From contig LCRX01000005.1 in the NCBI GenBank assembly GCA_001004885.1, forward strand, positions 1 through 52,074: DNA of 52,074 nucleotides, in the 5' to 3' direction. Source of the stretch: Candidatus Magasanikbacteria bacterium GW2011_GWA2_56_11. GTDB lineage: Bacteria; Patescibacteriota; Patescibacteriia; Magasanikbacterales; UBA922. Positions 8,081 to 18,352 of this stretch are shown here, piece after piece (the stretch's first letter is position 1; every line of letters begins with the position of its first letter). A program made the position numbers and the translations under genes. Under the pieces are notes generated by a model. That model was not told the origin of the DNA. It was given only the letters and a program-made list of their open reading frames with translations, and did no database searches.

Positions 8081-9691
8081 CTAACCTGATACCAAGACCG
8101 TAACCGTTCTCTCGGCAATTGTCGCTCCGCTTGAATTTTTGGCAATGAATTTAACCGCGTAGGGCCCGGCGCCGCGCCAAGTCCAACCGCTGACGTCAAT
8201 CCAGGATTCCTTGTGAGGACCGCCGTCCAGACTGTCGTACATACCGTTCAGAGCGCCGCCGTCAACCTGCCAGTGGAGCGAATAACCGGACAGGGGGGCC
8301 CCGTCGATCAGGGCCTTAAAGGGTTGCAGTCCGGACACAGGAGCCCCGTCCGCTGGCCACCAAACGCTAATTGAGCCGGCTCCAGGCGCCGAAGTAGCGG
8401 CCGAGCGCGCCGTTATTTGGGCCGCATTGTCCGCCCAAGCGTAGTTAGCGCTCCAGTCGCTGTTAAAAACTCCGGCTTTAACCGTATAAGCGCCGGCCGC
8501 GGCCGGGGTCCACTGGATAACGTAAGACTTGGTTTCTCCGCCAGCGAACGATTGTCCGGAACGAAAATCTTGATGCACCTTATTGCCGGCGGCATCATAA
8601 ATTTCCATATCCACGACTACGCCGTTTTGAGCCGATCCGTCTTTGCGCACCGATACTGTTACGCCGGTACTTTGTCCGACTGCCGGTTCAGCCGGATTAC
8701 TCGAAGCGTTAATCGCAAAGGAACCGCTCGGGGCCGGGACGCCGGAGGCGGGAGAAGTCGAGGCGAACCATTTGGTCATCACCGCCTCGGCTGCTTTGTG
8801 CTGGGGAGTAAAAGTAGTTGATCCCGGCCAACCGGCATTGGGGTCGCTAGACCAGTCCCACAGCTGTACGCCCTGCATGTAGGGCTGGTCGTTCCAGTAG
8901 GCAAAAAGCGCTTCATAAAGGCGGGCCTGGTTGCCGTCGTCAGGGTTGCCGCCGTCCCAGAAATTGAACGGCTGCCACTGCGCCCAATCCATACTGCGAT
9001 AGCCGATTTCGGTAAATATTACCGGCCGGCCGAACCGGTTGCTGAGCGGCCGGATGTCGTTGACATCTATTTTTTGCCATTCCCGCTTGTAGCTCTCGAC
9101 CGAGGTATCGCCAGTCGGGAGGGGGAAATATGCCGAGATGCCAATTGAATCCAGACTCGACCAAAATGAAATCCGATTTTTTTCATCAGTCCAGCCCGGC
9201 GCGCCCCAGTTGGCGCTGTAAGTTAATTTTCCGGAATAAATCCCCCGGACTTGGCCAATGAGCTTGTTCCAGTTATCCGTATTTTGGAAGTGGGCATCGT
9301 GAGCAGACATGTTAATAAGCTCGGAGCCGACAGTAATTTGTTCCACTCCCAATTCCTGCCCCATCTGGGCATAATGTTTAATCATATTACCGTAAGCGGC
9401 AAACCACCCGGTCCGATCGGCGGGCGGCGTCTCCCACCCACGGTGGATGTCGGTAGAATGGGTATTGGACTGAAACCAGGGAATTGTGAGGGTAACATAA
9501 TTAGCATTGGTCTTTTTCAGATTTCTCATCGATTCCTTGAACGATTCGCTGCTGTAATCAGTATTCCAGCGCGACATTATGCTCGCGCCTCTTTGCCAGT
9601 CCTTAACTGCCGCTTCGGCCCCCGGTACGCTGCCAAAGCAACCTAAAAACAGGATGGCAATCGGCAAAAAATAAGACACAACTTTTCTCAT
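8081..9691 (-). CDS. Secreted glycoside hydrolase family 113-like protein with C-terminal beta-sandwich domains; probable internal in-frame deletion
   Basis: Signal peptide; VGSEL (acid/base), LTYSANW, IGISAYFPL, IFTEIGYRS (nucleophile), LWDW, FTPQHK.AE. Confidence 0.8.
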   Translation of the reverse strand: MRKVVSYFLPIAILFLGCFGSVPGAEAAVKDWQRGASIMSRWNTDYSSESFKESMRNLKKTNANYVTLTIPWFQSNTHSTDIHRGWETPPADRTGWFAAYGNMIKHYAQMGQELGVEQITVGSELINMSAHDAHFQNTDNWNKLIGQVRGIYSGKLTYSANWGAPGWTDEKNRISFWSSLDSIGISAYFPLPTGDTSVESYKREWQKIDVNDIRPLSNRFGRPVIFTEIGYRSMDWAQWQPFNFWDGGNPDDGNQARLYEALFAYWNDQPYMQGVQLWDWSSDPNAGWPGSTTFTPQHKAAEAVMTKWFASTSPASGVPAPSGSFAINASSNPAEPAVGQSTGVTVSVRKDGSAQNGVVVDMEIYDAAGNKVHQDFRSGQSFAGGETKSYVIQWTPAAAGAYTVKAGVFNSDWSANYAWADNAAQITARSAATSAPGAGSISVWWPADGAPVSGLQPFKALIDGAPLSGYSLHWQVDGGALNGMYDSLDGGPHKESWIDVSGWTWRGAGPYAVKFIAKNSSGATIAERTVTVLVSG

Positions 9692-9800
9692 AGGGTCTCA
9701 TAACAGAAAATAAAGCTACCTACAGGTAGTATAGGGGGAGCCCGGGACAGAGGGCAAGCAGGACATTGAGCCATTCAATCCAGCGGGCCTCAAGTATGGT

Positions 9801-10061
9801 CTAGGGTTTACGCTGCATAATCCTGGCCAGGTAGACCGAAACTACGACCACCGCAAAGGAAATGAACAGCGCGTAAACGAATTTAGCCAAAAGACCGCCG
9901 CCCGACACGGGAAAAAAGTATTCAATAAGCGCTTTAATCGCCTCATTCCAGGCCAGGCCGGCCACTAGGCCGAGAGCTGCCAGAATGTAGCCGGTAACCT
10001 TTTCTCGGACTTCTCCGGTAACTCGTTTTCCCTCTTCTTTGATCTTGTCGAATGGCGGCAT
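9801..10061 (-). CDS. Small 2-TM protein (DUF5654-like)
   Basis: AALGLVAGLAWNEAI...KFVYA pattern. Confidence 0.75.
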   Translation of the reverse strand: MPPFDKIKEEGKRVTGEVREKVTGYILAALGLVAGLAWNEAIKALIEYFFPVSGGGLLAKFVYALFISFAVVVVSVYLARIMQRKP

Positions 10062-10076
10062 ACTTGTATGTTTATC

Positions 10077-10228
10077 AAAAAAAAATTCCGAGACAATTTT
10101 GTGCCTGTTTCGAGCGAAAATTGTCCGGGTTGAGCAGGCTAGTGGTACTATGGCGACGAAAGCCGGACAATTTGCAGCCGAAGCAGGCCAAAATTGAGCC
10201 GGAAGTTATTTTTGGGAGTAGGTTCTAG
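10077..10228. repeat. Copy C of the palindromic MITE-like element
   Basis: Right end GGAAGTTATTTTTGGGAGTAGGTTCTAG overlaps the TAG stop at 10225-10227. Nested IRs CAATTTTG/CAAAATTG and AAATTGTCCGG/CCGGACAATTT. Confidence 0.8.
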
Positions 10229-11364
10229 TCGCCGCTATCGTGGCGAAACACATAAGCCGCGAGCGCGGTGGTGAGCGGCACGGCGCACACCAGCGCCAGA
10301 CTGCCGACTAACGTGCGGACCATTTCTTCTACGACTAACTCAGTATTTAGAGTTACCCAGAACGGAGTGCTGTAAGCCGTAAAAAGAAGCAGCAAGGGAA
10401 ACGACGCCCCGGTGTAGGCCAATACCAGTGTGTTAACGAGAGAGGCAATATGCTCGCGGCCGATGGCGAGTCCGCGCTGGTAAAGCTCGCGGCCGCCAAA
10501 CGCGCGGTTTGCTCGCTTAAGCTCATAAACCGCCGCCGCCTGGGCCGTCGTCACGTCGTCGAGTACGCCGAGCGCGCCGATAATTATTCCGCCCAAAAGC
10601 AACCCCGAAACACTGATAGCCCCGGTGGGCGCGAACTGCAGATAAAAGGCCTCCTCGGTACCCAGCCCTGACAGACGGGCCAGGCGCACAAATAGGACGG
10701 CCATGCTCAAAGCAAAACCGATGGTCGAGAGCAGGCTTAGAAATGCCACCAATGTCCGGCGGTTAGCCCCATGCGCCACGAACAACGAGGACGAGGCGAT
10801 GAGAATCGTACCGACAAAACTCACCAGCAATGGGCTTACTCCCTGGCTGATCTGGGGAATGATATACAAACTGATGACCAGAATGGTAAGCGCCAAACCA
10901 ACGAAGGCCATGAAACCGCGCTGGCCGCCAAAAACTATGACCGTGAGAGCAAACAGGCCGATCAGGCTGTAAATAACCGGCAACCGATAGATCTCCGTTA
11001 CATAGTAAAAAACGCCGTCCGGGGCCTCGCTTTTCACGACCACCACCCGATCCCCGGCCCGGAGAGCGCGCTCCCGGCTGCCGGCGCCCCGCACTTCATA
11101 GTCCACGGTCAAATCCCGGCCAGTCTCCGGGCCGCTTGTGAGGATGATCCTGAGTTCCTGTTTAGTTCCTTCCTCATCCAGTTCAAAATTGGTTTCCTGG
11201 CGTATGACTTCGCTTACCCGTCCGCGTCCGTAAGTCTCCTTCAAATCCAGCTCCGGAGCGGCCGGTCCGACCGGCGCGGCCTGCGCCGGTAACGTCCAAA
11301 ACGAAGTTAATATTACGCCGTAGGCCGCCAGGCGCAAAAAACCGCGGATGGATAACATTTTCAT
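10225..11364 (-). CDS. YibE/F family membrane protein
   Basis: IIGALGVLDDVT, IGREHIASLVNTLVLAYTGASFP, EEMVRTLVGS; multiple TM segments. Confidence 0.9.
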   Translation of the reverse strand: MKMLSIRGFLRLAAYGVILTSFWTLPAQAAPVGPAAPELDLKETYGRGRVSEVIRQETNFELDEEGTKQELRIILTSGPETGRDLTVDYEVRGAGSRERALRAGDRVVVVKSEAPDGVFYYVTEIYRLPVIYSLIGLFALTVIVFGGQRGFMAFVGLALTILVISLYIIPQISQGVSPLLVSFVGTILIASSSLFVAHGANRRTLVAFLSLLSTIGFALSMAVLFVRLARLSGLGTEEAFYLQFAPTGAISVSGLLLGGIIIGALGVLDDVTTAQAAAVYELKRANRAFGGRELYQRGLAIGREHIASLVNTLVLAYTGASFPLLLLFTAYSTPFWVTLNTELVVEEMVRTLVGSLALVCAVPLTTALAAYVFRHDSGD

Positions 11365-11492
11365 AGATTATTAAAGAGGGATAAGGGCCCAGTCTCCGTA
11401 TTCTTGGGTCCACAGACATCATCGAATCTATATTCTTCCAAATCTATCTTTCGACCCAGTCTTTGGCGCCCATTAGGCGAGACGCAGCCACT

Positions 11493-12476
11493 CTAGCGTA
11501 AACCGGCCAGACGCCGGACTTCAGCCATTGTTTCCGCGGCCTTATGCCGCGCCCGGTTAGCCCCCTGTTCCAGTATTTGCTCGACTCTGCCGGGGTCGGC
11601 CATGAGTTCTAGCCGCCGCTCGCGGAAACCGGCAAAAAAGCCGGAAACGGCTGCGGCCACTGCCTGTTTCAGCTCGCCGTAGCGAATACTGCCGTCCTGT
11701 TCCGCGGCGGCAAACCCGGCGTAGGCTCCGGTATCGCCAAAGTGCTCAAGCAAAAGCAATAAATTTTGCGCTCCAGGCGATCCGGATCCCCCGGCAGTTG
11801 CCGTCGGCGCTTTCTTGAGTTTATTCTCTATAATCTCAGGCTCATCCGCCAGTTCGATGACGCTCTCAGGCCCGTGGCTTTTGCTCATTTTTTTCTCGGG
11901 GTACAAAAGGCTCATAACTTTGGGCACTGCCGAAAGCAGATGTTCCGGCTCAGGAAAATATTGGCCGAACCGGCGGTTGAACCATCGGGCGATGTCGCGG
12001 GTCAACTCGACATGCTGGACCTGGTCCTGGCCTACCGGAATGACAGTGGCCCGGTAAAGGAGTATATCCGCCGCCTGAAGTATGGGGTAGGTCAAAAGAC
12101 CGGTATTTATGTTTTTCTCCTGGCGCTCGGCCTTATCCTTGAACTGCGTCATGCGGTAAAGCTCGGCTACGGGCGTGATACAATTAAATATCCACGCTAA
12201 CTCCGCGTGCTCCGGCACGTGCGACTGGACAAAAATAGTAACTTTATCCGGGTCAAGGCCGAGGGCCAGAAGTTCGGCCGCCGCGGTTACCATGAGGCGA
12301 CGCCTCTCGTCCGAGGCCAGCTCGCCGGTCAAAGAATGCAAATCCGGTATCAATATATACATTTCGTACTGCCCGGAATCCTGTAGCCGGAGCCAGTTTC
12401 TCACCGCCCCCAAATAATTGCCCACATGAAAATTACCGGTCGGTTGAATGCCTGAAAGAATAATCGGTTTGGCCAT
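11493..12476 (-). CDS. trpS: Tryptophan--tRNA ligase
   Basis: SGIQPTG..HVGNYLG, YPILQAADIL, VGQDQ.QH.EL, KMSKS. Confidence 0.97.
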   Translation of the reverse strand: MAKPIILSGIQPTGNFHVGNYLGAVRNWLRLQDSGQYEMYILIPDLHSLTGELASDERRRLMVTAAAELLALGLDPDKVTIFVQSHVPEHAELAWIFNCITPVAELYRMTQFKDKAERQEKNINTGLLTYPILQAADILLYRATVIPVGQDQVQHVELTRDIARWFNRRFGQYFPEPEHLLSAVPKVMSLLYPEKKMSKSHGPESVIELADEPEIIENKLKKAPTATAGGSGSPGAQNLLLLLEHFGDTGAYAGFAAAEQDGSIRYGELKQAVAAAVSGFFAGFRERRLELMADPGRVEQILEQGANRARHKAAETMAEVRRLAGLR

Positions 12477-12552
12477 AACCCAAAATTCATCCATGAATAA
12501 GGATGGCCTTAGCGTACCCTATTTCTCCGGGGTTGACAAGCCGTTGGCGCTC

Positions 12553-12762
12553 TCAAAGATGCGCCGTGCTTTCCGGCTGTTCCGGAATAAAAATCGCCGC
12601 GAGAACGTAGGCTATGAAAAAAGGAAAGACGCCGGTAGCCATGAGCAACAGTACGAAGATTATGCGGACTATCACTGGGTCAAGATCAAAGTGCTCGGCA
12701 ATGCCGCCGCACACGCCGGCTATAAACCGGTTCTCACGGGAGCGGTAAAATTTTTTTCTCAT
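12553..12762 (-). CDS. PspC domain protein
   Basis: YRSRENRFIAGVCGGIAEHFDLDPVIVR followed by a TM segment. Confidence 0.9.
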   Translation of the reverse strand: MRKKFYRSRENRFIAGVCGGIAEHFDLDPVIVRIIFVLLLMATGVFPFFIAYVLAAIFIPEQPESTAHL

Positions 12763-12879
12763 ATTCGCAACCGCTAACCGCTGCTCGGCGGCGCGGATGC
12801 CGGCCGGCAGCTTATGGTTGGTAGCATACCACCGCCAGCGGACCGAGGCTAGGTCTAATAAAAACGGCAGAGACGACCC

Positions 12880-14736
12880 CTAGACCTCAATCACGACCGG
12901 CAGCACCATCGGCCGTTTTTGCGTTTTAGTGAAGATGAACTGGCCGATCTTGTCCCGCACGTCGTTCTTGATCTTGTTGGTATCGGTCCACGTTAGAGGG
13001 TCGGACTCCAGGACCATCTTCTTTACGCGGTGGCGAATATCCTCAATCAACTGCTTATTGTCTTTGATAAAGACAAAACCGCGGGTGATAATATCCGGAT
13101 TCTGTACCAGCGTGCCCCGCTTCGAGTCTACGGTGGCAATGACTACTACCATGCCGTCTTCGGCCAGGACCTGCCTGTCGCGCAAAACGATATGCTGGGT
13201 GTCGCTAATGCCCAGGCCATCCACGAAAACATAGTCTGTCGGCACTTTTTTGGGCAAGACTTTCAATCCCTGCCGGGTAAGCTCGATAACCGTACCGTTG
13301 TCCGGCACGACGACATTGCCCTCCCTAAAACCGTTCTGGATGGCGAGCGTGCGGGATTCCTTGAGAAAATAGTGGTTAGCGTAAACCGGTATAAAGTAAT
13401 CCGGCTTTACCTGATCCAGCATATCCACGATATCGCGGCGCGTGCCGTGCCCGCTCACGTGCACATCCATAATGTCGCCGTGGATAACGCGGTCTGATTG
13501 ACGGTAAATATTATCCTTGAGCCGCTGCACGGTCCGTTCATTGCCGGGAATAATCGAGGAGGAGAAAATCACGGTGTCTTTCTTGCGCAGTTTTATCACC
13601 CGGTGCTCGCCGCTAGAAATGCGCGACAGTACGGCCCGCTCTTCGCCCTGGGCTCCGGTGCAGACGATGACTACTTTGTTTTCCGGATAACGATCGGCCT
13701 CCTCCGTATCAATAAGCACGCCTTTCTGAATTTTGACGTAACCCAACTTTTTAGTCATCTCGATGTTCATTTTCATGCTGTAGCCGTCGAGCGCCACTTT
13801 TTTACCCAGTTTGGTGGCGGCCTCGATTATCCACTTCACCCTCTCCACTTGCGACGAAAACGTGGCGATAATCACCCGTCCCGGCGCTTCGTCCAGTACC
13901 CGATGAAGATTTTCGTACATTTCCTCATACGTGCCGTGGCGCTTTTCATTCGTGGCTCCCAGGCTTTCGAGCATAAGCGCCATGGGGCGGGGCAAATTCG
14001 CCAGCTGTTCATAGCGAACATGGGCCAAACCGTTGCGATCGCGCTCCATAGTCCAGTCGCCCGGGTGGACAACGGTACCGGCGGCAGTCTGAAGAATCGT
14101 TCCCATGGAATCCATTATCGAATGTTCCACCTGAAAAAACCGCAGGCCGAACGAACCGAGCTGGATGCGATCCTGCACGCTTTTGACCGTGACGGTCTTC
14201 AAGCGCTTGGCGCTTCCTTTTTGGTAATCTTCCTGTTTATGCTTAATCAAGGCCAGAGTGAGCGGCATCGCGATGACTGGCGGATAGCCAAGTTTTTCCA
14301 AAAGAATCGGCGCCGCCCCGATATGGTCCAAGTGCCCGTGGCTGAAAACGACGCCGCGGATGCGTTTCTCCTTGCCCTGAAGATATTTGATGTTGGGAAT
14401 AATGTAATCGATGCCCGGCATGTCCTCTTCGGGAAACTGCAGGCCCATGTCGAGAATGACAATGTCGGAACCATGCTCGTACACTGTCATATTGCGGCCC
14501 ACCTCCTCGCAGCCGCCCAGGGGTATAATGCGCAAAGCCTGGGGGTTCGCCTCGGACGGCGTATCTGTCGCGGCCGGCGCGCCGGATGGCAGGCGGGTTT
14601 GCCGACCTACTTTGGGGACGCCAAACCGGCGCGCGCCCGGAGACGCAAACTGCCTCGCTGCCGGCGTTTTTTTGTCGGCGGCGGTTGGTGCGCCGGGCGA
14701 AACGCGGCGCTTGGATCCGTTATAAACATTCATCAT
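12880..14736 (-). CDS. rnj: Ribonuclease J
   Basis: PLGG.EEVGRNM, HGHLDHIG, HSI.D, TGAQGE, HVSGH, PMVLPV. Low-complexity N-terminal extension; start approximate. Confidence 0.95.
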   Translation of the reverse strand: MMNVYNGSKRRVSPGAPTAADKKTPAARQFASPGARRFGVPKVGRQTRLPSGAPAATDTPSEANPQALRIIPLGGCEEVGRNMTVYEHGSDIVILDMGLQFPEEDMPGIDYIIPNIKYLQGKEKRIRGVVFSHGHLDHIGAAPILLEKLGYPPVIAMPLTLALIKHKQEDYQKGSAKRLKTVTVKSVQDRIQLGSFGLRFFQVEHSIMDSMGTILQTAAGTVVHPGDWTMERDRNGLAHVRYEQLANLPRPMALMLESLGATNEKRHGTYEEMYENLHRVLDEAPGRVIIATFSSQVERVKWIIEAATKLGKKVALDGYSMKMNIEMTKKLGYVKIQKGVLIDTEEADRYPENKVVIVCTGAQGEERAVLSRISSGEHRVIKLRKKDTVIFSSSIIPGNERTVQRLKDNIYRQSDRVIHGDIMDVHVSGHGTRRDIVDMLDQVKPDYFIPVYANHYFLKESRTLAIQNGFREGNVVVPDNGTVIELTRQGLKVLPKKVPTDYVFVDGLGISDTQHIVLRDRQVLAEDGMVVVIATVDSKRGTLVQNPDIITRGFVFIKDNKQLIEDIRHRVKKMVLESDPLTWTDTNKIKNDVRDKIGQFIFTKTQKRPMVLPVVIEV

Positions 14737-14890
14737 AAATACCATAAATATTAGCTTTGTTAAGCGTGTTGATAACAATGAAGAAAACCAACACTGGGGT
14801 TAACGAAGTTGCCAGCTCGCAACGCGGGGAAACAGTCTCCGTTGCCAAAAAAACCGCTCACCGCCGGTTGCCGGCCGTTGACTTCAATTG

Positions 14891-14972
14891 TGCCGATGGT
14901 GGGACTCGAACCCACAGGCCTTGCGGCACACGCCTCTGAAACGTGCGTGTTTACCAATTTCACCACATCGGC
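14891..14972 (-). tRNA. tRNA-Leu(CAG), no encoded CCA
   Basis: GCCGATG acceptor stem, anticodon loop TTCAGAG, long variable arm with GCAA loop, GGTTCGAGTCC T-arm. Confidence 0.93.
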
Positions 14973-14987
14973 ATAGTGGACAGCGGA

Positions 14988-16979
14988 CTATTTCCACCGC
15001 CCGTCGGTTGTATTATACCACTCAATGACATTTGCGAACCTATCGGCCGGATGAGCCACGCGGCTGACATTGAAACCCCTGACCGATTCGTCGAGAACAT
15101 AAGTGTAGGTCGGCGTGTAAAGAAAAACCGCCGGCACGTCGTGCAAAATCTGCGTCTGCAAATCCGCCGAGAACTTGGCCGCCTCGGCAGCATCGTCGGT
15201 TTGGCGCAGTTTAAGGAGCAGCTCGTCTACTTTGGGATTGTTATAGCGGGAAAGATTGAGGCCCGGATGATCAGCCTGGCTGGAATGCCAGAAAGCATAC
15301 TGGTCCGGATCGCCGCCGACGATCACGCGGTACAAAAGCGCATCATAGGCGCGATCTTTGAGCACTGCCCTCGGCATGTCTTTGGGACTAACATACTTGA
15401 TTTTTGTTTTGATGCCTATATCCTGCCAATACCCGGCGATCAATTCAGCCGCCTGTTTGTATTCCGGCGTGTCCGCTGTTACCAGATCAACCGTAAGCAA
15501 GGTGCCGGACTGGCTGCGCCGGTAAAACAGCTGAGCGGCCGAAAGCTCGGCATCGAGTTCCTTGTCTATGTCGGCGGCTGCCTGTAGAGCGGCGGTGCTG
15601 GTGGCCACGCCGGTCTCGGAGGCCTCCGGCGTACTGGTACCCATGGACGACCCTGTCTCGGACTGCCGTTGTTTCCAGAGTTCTTTTTGACGCTCCTCGC
15701 GATAGACGGCGGCTTCAACTCGCCGCCACTTTTTGTCCAAAAGAGCGTTGGCCTCGTCAACTGAGTAAGCCGGGCCGGACAATGTACTGTCGTAACCAGG
15801 AAAACCGGAAAGGATCGGGCCGTTTATCAGCTCCCCTTCGTTGGCCAGAGTGGCTTTGAGTATCTCCCCGCGATCCAAAGCGATGGCCAAACTGCGGCGC
15901 ACGTCATTATCGGACAGCACCTCCCGCCGGCCCTGGTTAAGAAACAGCGCGGTATACTGGGGCAGCTGCATGGTGTAGAGCTTAACCGGCTGCAAATTTT
16001 TCACCCGTTCCCGGAACTCAAACGGCAGAAAATTAAGACCGTTTATTTTCTGCTCCCTGAGTGCCGCGATCGCCCCTTGGTCTCCGTCGTAATCCGAGTA
16101 ATATTGAAAAATAAACTCCTTCAAAAACGGCGGCTGACGGTAATAGCCGGCAAACCGGGCCAACTCGTAGCGGGAAATGAACCCGGTGTCGTCTTTGATG
16201 AGCCGCTTAAAGGCAAAGGGGCCGGTACCTATCGGCTTTAGATTAACCTCGGCCAAACGAAACTGAGGCCGCGGTATTCCCGACCAGGTATGTTCCGGAA
16301 TTATACCGACCGTGAGGACGGACAAAAAACCTGGAAACGGCTCGGCTAAAGTAAATTTAACTGTCCGGTCGTCCAACGCCTCGGCCTTTACTCCTTGAAA
16401 ACTGACAGCCAAAGGACTGCCGACCTCGCTATCCTGCAGGGCTTCGATTGTAAAGACCACATCCTGGGCCGTAAACGGCTCCCCGTCGTGCCAAACGACC
16501 GCTTCTTTTAGCTTAAAGGTATACTGCTTTTTGTCCGGTCCGATTTCGTAGCCTACCGCCAGGTCCGGGACGAGCCGTTGCTCGCGGTCGTAGCGCAACA
16601 GACCGGAATAGACCAACCGGGACAAATCGGCGTCAGCTTCATTTAGCGCGGCGAAAAGCGGATTAATCAGGCGCGGAGCGCCGACCATCCCTTCAACATA
16701 AGTGCCGCCGACTGCCGGAACCTGAAACCGACGGGCAGAGGCGAGGCCAAGAGACAACCAGAGAAAACTCGCCAAAGCGACTAAAAGCGAAACCTGGAAT
16801 AGCCGTTTCTCTCCGGGAGTTAAAATTCTCGGCAAAAACCGGAACTGCCGCCAGCGCGGAAATGCCCGGCCGCGCAGCAAACGCATAAGAGCCACGTCAT
16901 GGTGCGAACTCACGATGTTTCGACGGCGGCGCCCATGGCCGAACCAACGTCGGCTTTTGTTCCACAAAGAGGAAAACAC
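14988..16979 (-). CDS. ABC transporter family-5 (peptide) substrate-binding protein with TM anchor
   Basis: LVYSGL, LVPDLA, WHDGEPFTAQDVVFT, PIGTGPF, FWHSSQ..GLNLSRY. Confidence 0.9.
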   Translation of the reverse strand: MFSSLWNKSRRWFGHGRRRRNIVSSHHDVALMRLLRGRAFPRWRQFRFLPRILTPGEKRLFQVSLLVALASFLWLSLGLASARRFQVPAVGGTYVEGMVGAPRLINPLFAALNEADADLSRLVYSGLLRYDREQRLVPDLAVGYEIGPDKKQYTFKLKEAVVWHDGEPFTAQDVVFTIEALQDSEVGSPLAVSFQGVKAEALDDRTVKFTLAEPFPGFLSVLTVGIIPEHTWSGIPRPQFRLAEVNLKPIGTGPFAFKRLIKDDTGFISRYELARFAGYYRQPPFLKEFIFQYYSDYDGDQGAIAALREQKINGLNFLPFEFRERVKNLQPVKLYTMQLPQYTALFLNQGRREVLSDNDVRRSLAIALDRGEILKATLANEGELINGPILSGFPGYDSTLSGPAYSVDEANALLDKKWRRVEAAVYREERQKELWKQRQSETGSSMGTSTPEASETGVATSTAALQAAADIDKELDAELSAAQLFYRRSQSGTLLTVDLVTADTPEYKQAAELIAGYWQDIGIKTKIKYVSPKDMPRAVLKDRAYDALLYRVIVGGDPDQYAFWHSSQADHPGLNLSRYNNPKVDELLLKLRQTDDAAEAAKFSADLQTQILHDVPAVFLYTPTYTYVLDESVRGFNVSRVAHPADRFANVIEWYNTTDGRWK

Positions 16980-17110
16980 AATGATTCTTTAGGCGTGAGC
17001 GTGTCCCCTCTCGGCTCTTCCGGAGGCAGCGCCCCAATTAAGAAAGCCGACACAAGACCAGCCAACACCGACACGTTTGAGTCCGGAAGGCACTGTACCC
17101 GCGGCTTGAT

Positions 17111-17329
17111 CTAGATCATTACTATGGCGAGAGAAACCGCAAAGAAGAGAACGGCCACGACAATGGTGAACTGGAATAAAATCCGGTCGATGCCGCGGCG
17201 CGTAGTATAAACCGCTGCCGAGCCCCCGAAAGCGGCGCCCAATCCAGACCCCTTCTGCTGAAGCAGAATAACCGCAATTAGAAGAACGGCACAAATGAGT
17301 TGTATAACGGACAGAATGGTGCCGAACAT
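17111..17329 (-). CDS. secG: Preprotein translocase subunit SecG
   Basis: ILLQQKGSGLGAAFGG...TRRG between two TM helices. Confidence 0.92.
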   Translation of the reverse strand: MFGTILSVIQLICAVLLIAVILLQQKGSGLGAAFGGSAAVYTTRRGIDRILFQFTIVVAVLFFAVSLAIVMI

Positions 17330-17603
17330 AATACTGGGTAATAATAGATAAGGCAACCGCCGTTGACTACTTCAGACATCATTAGGCTGAAGTAGTGTAG
17401 CATACCGACCGTAGTCTGTCAACGGTCTTTTGGAGCGCGGTCTGCTAAGAGCTTTTGCCCCGGCCACGAGCCTGCCTGGGCCTATATCGGCAGGCGCTTG
17501 GTAACCGGATTTATTAGCTATACCTATATGTTGACGTTAGGGCCAATATGATATACTATAGCTACTTTGGTAATTTGCCAAACAGACTTCCCTTGCACGC
17601 AAT

Positions 17604-18350
17604 ATGTCCGACAACGACCAGGCACGCTTGCCACGCCGGCATATCGCCAAGATATTTATAGCACTCGCCGGCACGGTTTTTGGCTTGTTAGTCATCACCT
17701 TTACGAGCTATTTTGTCTCCTATCTGTGGCAATCCAAATACGGCTCCGCCGAAGACATCGCCCGGCTCAACCGGGAACTGGGGGGCGAACGTTTTACCCT
17801 GGCGGCCGATTATCCCGGACCGCGCCCCCCGGCCGACCTGAAGCCGTACGTCCGGCCGGGCAATCCGATCACCGGCAATCCGGACGGTCAGGTAACCATT
17901 CTAGCGTTCGTGGATTTTGAATGCCCATTCTCCCAAGAGGGATATCCGCTGTTCAAAGCCATACTAGATACGTATGGCCCGACGGCGCGGGTGGTGCTGA
18001 AACATTTGCCATTATCTACCATACATCCCGATGCTGCCCCGGCCGCTGAGGCCGCTGCCTGCGCCGGCGAACAGGATAAATTTTGGGATTATGCCGACCG
18101 TCTCTTTACCTCAAAAAAATTAGCGCGTGAAGATTTGACCGCGGCGGCCGCGGAGCTTGAATTAGACCTCAACCGGTTTAACCGCTGCCTGGTTTCGGGA
18201 AAATACCGCGGAGATATCGAACAGGATATGCGCGACGCCGCGGAGCTTGGCGTGCGCGGCACCCCTACTTATTTTATTAACCAGCGAGTGATCGAAGGCG
18301 TCGTCGACCGCTCTACCTGGGATAAGGCCATCCTTTCCGGCCTGCAATAA
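17604..18350 (+). CDS. DsbA-like thioredoxin-fold protein with CXXS active site
   Basis: N-terminal TM, FVDFECPFS, KHLPL..IH, AAEAAACA.EQ.KFW, GVRGTPTYFIN. Confidence 0.88.
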   Translation: MSDNDQARLPRRHIAKIFIALAGTVFGLLVITFTSYFVSYLWQSKYGSAEDIARLNRELGGERFTLAADYPGPRPPADLKPYVRPGNPITGNPDGQVTILAFVDFECPFSQEGYPLFKAILDTYGPTARVVLKHLPLSTIHPDAAPAAEAAACAGEQDKFWDYADRLFTSKKLAREDLTAAAAELELDLNRFNRCLVSGKYRGDIEQDMRDAAELGVRGTPTYFINQRVIEGVVDRSTWDKAILSGLQ

Positions 18351-18352
18351 AT

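Noticed and set aside
13498-14754. Long antisense ORFs (also 26438-27526, 28051-29223, 39461-40306, 44446-45513, 46261-47175)
   Set aside because: Shadow frames opposite better-supported genes in GC-rich DNA, with no recognisable motifs.
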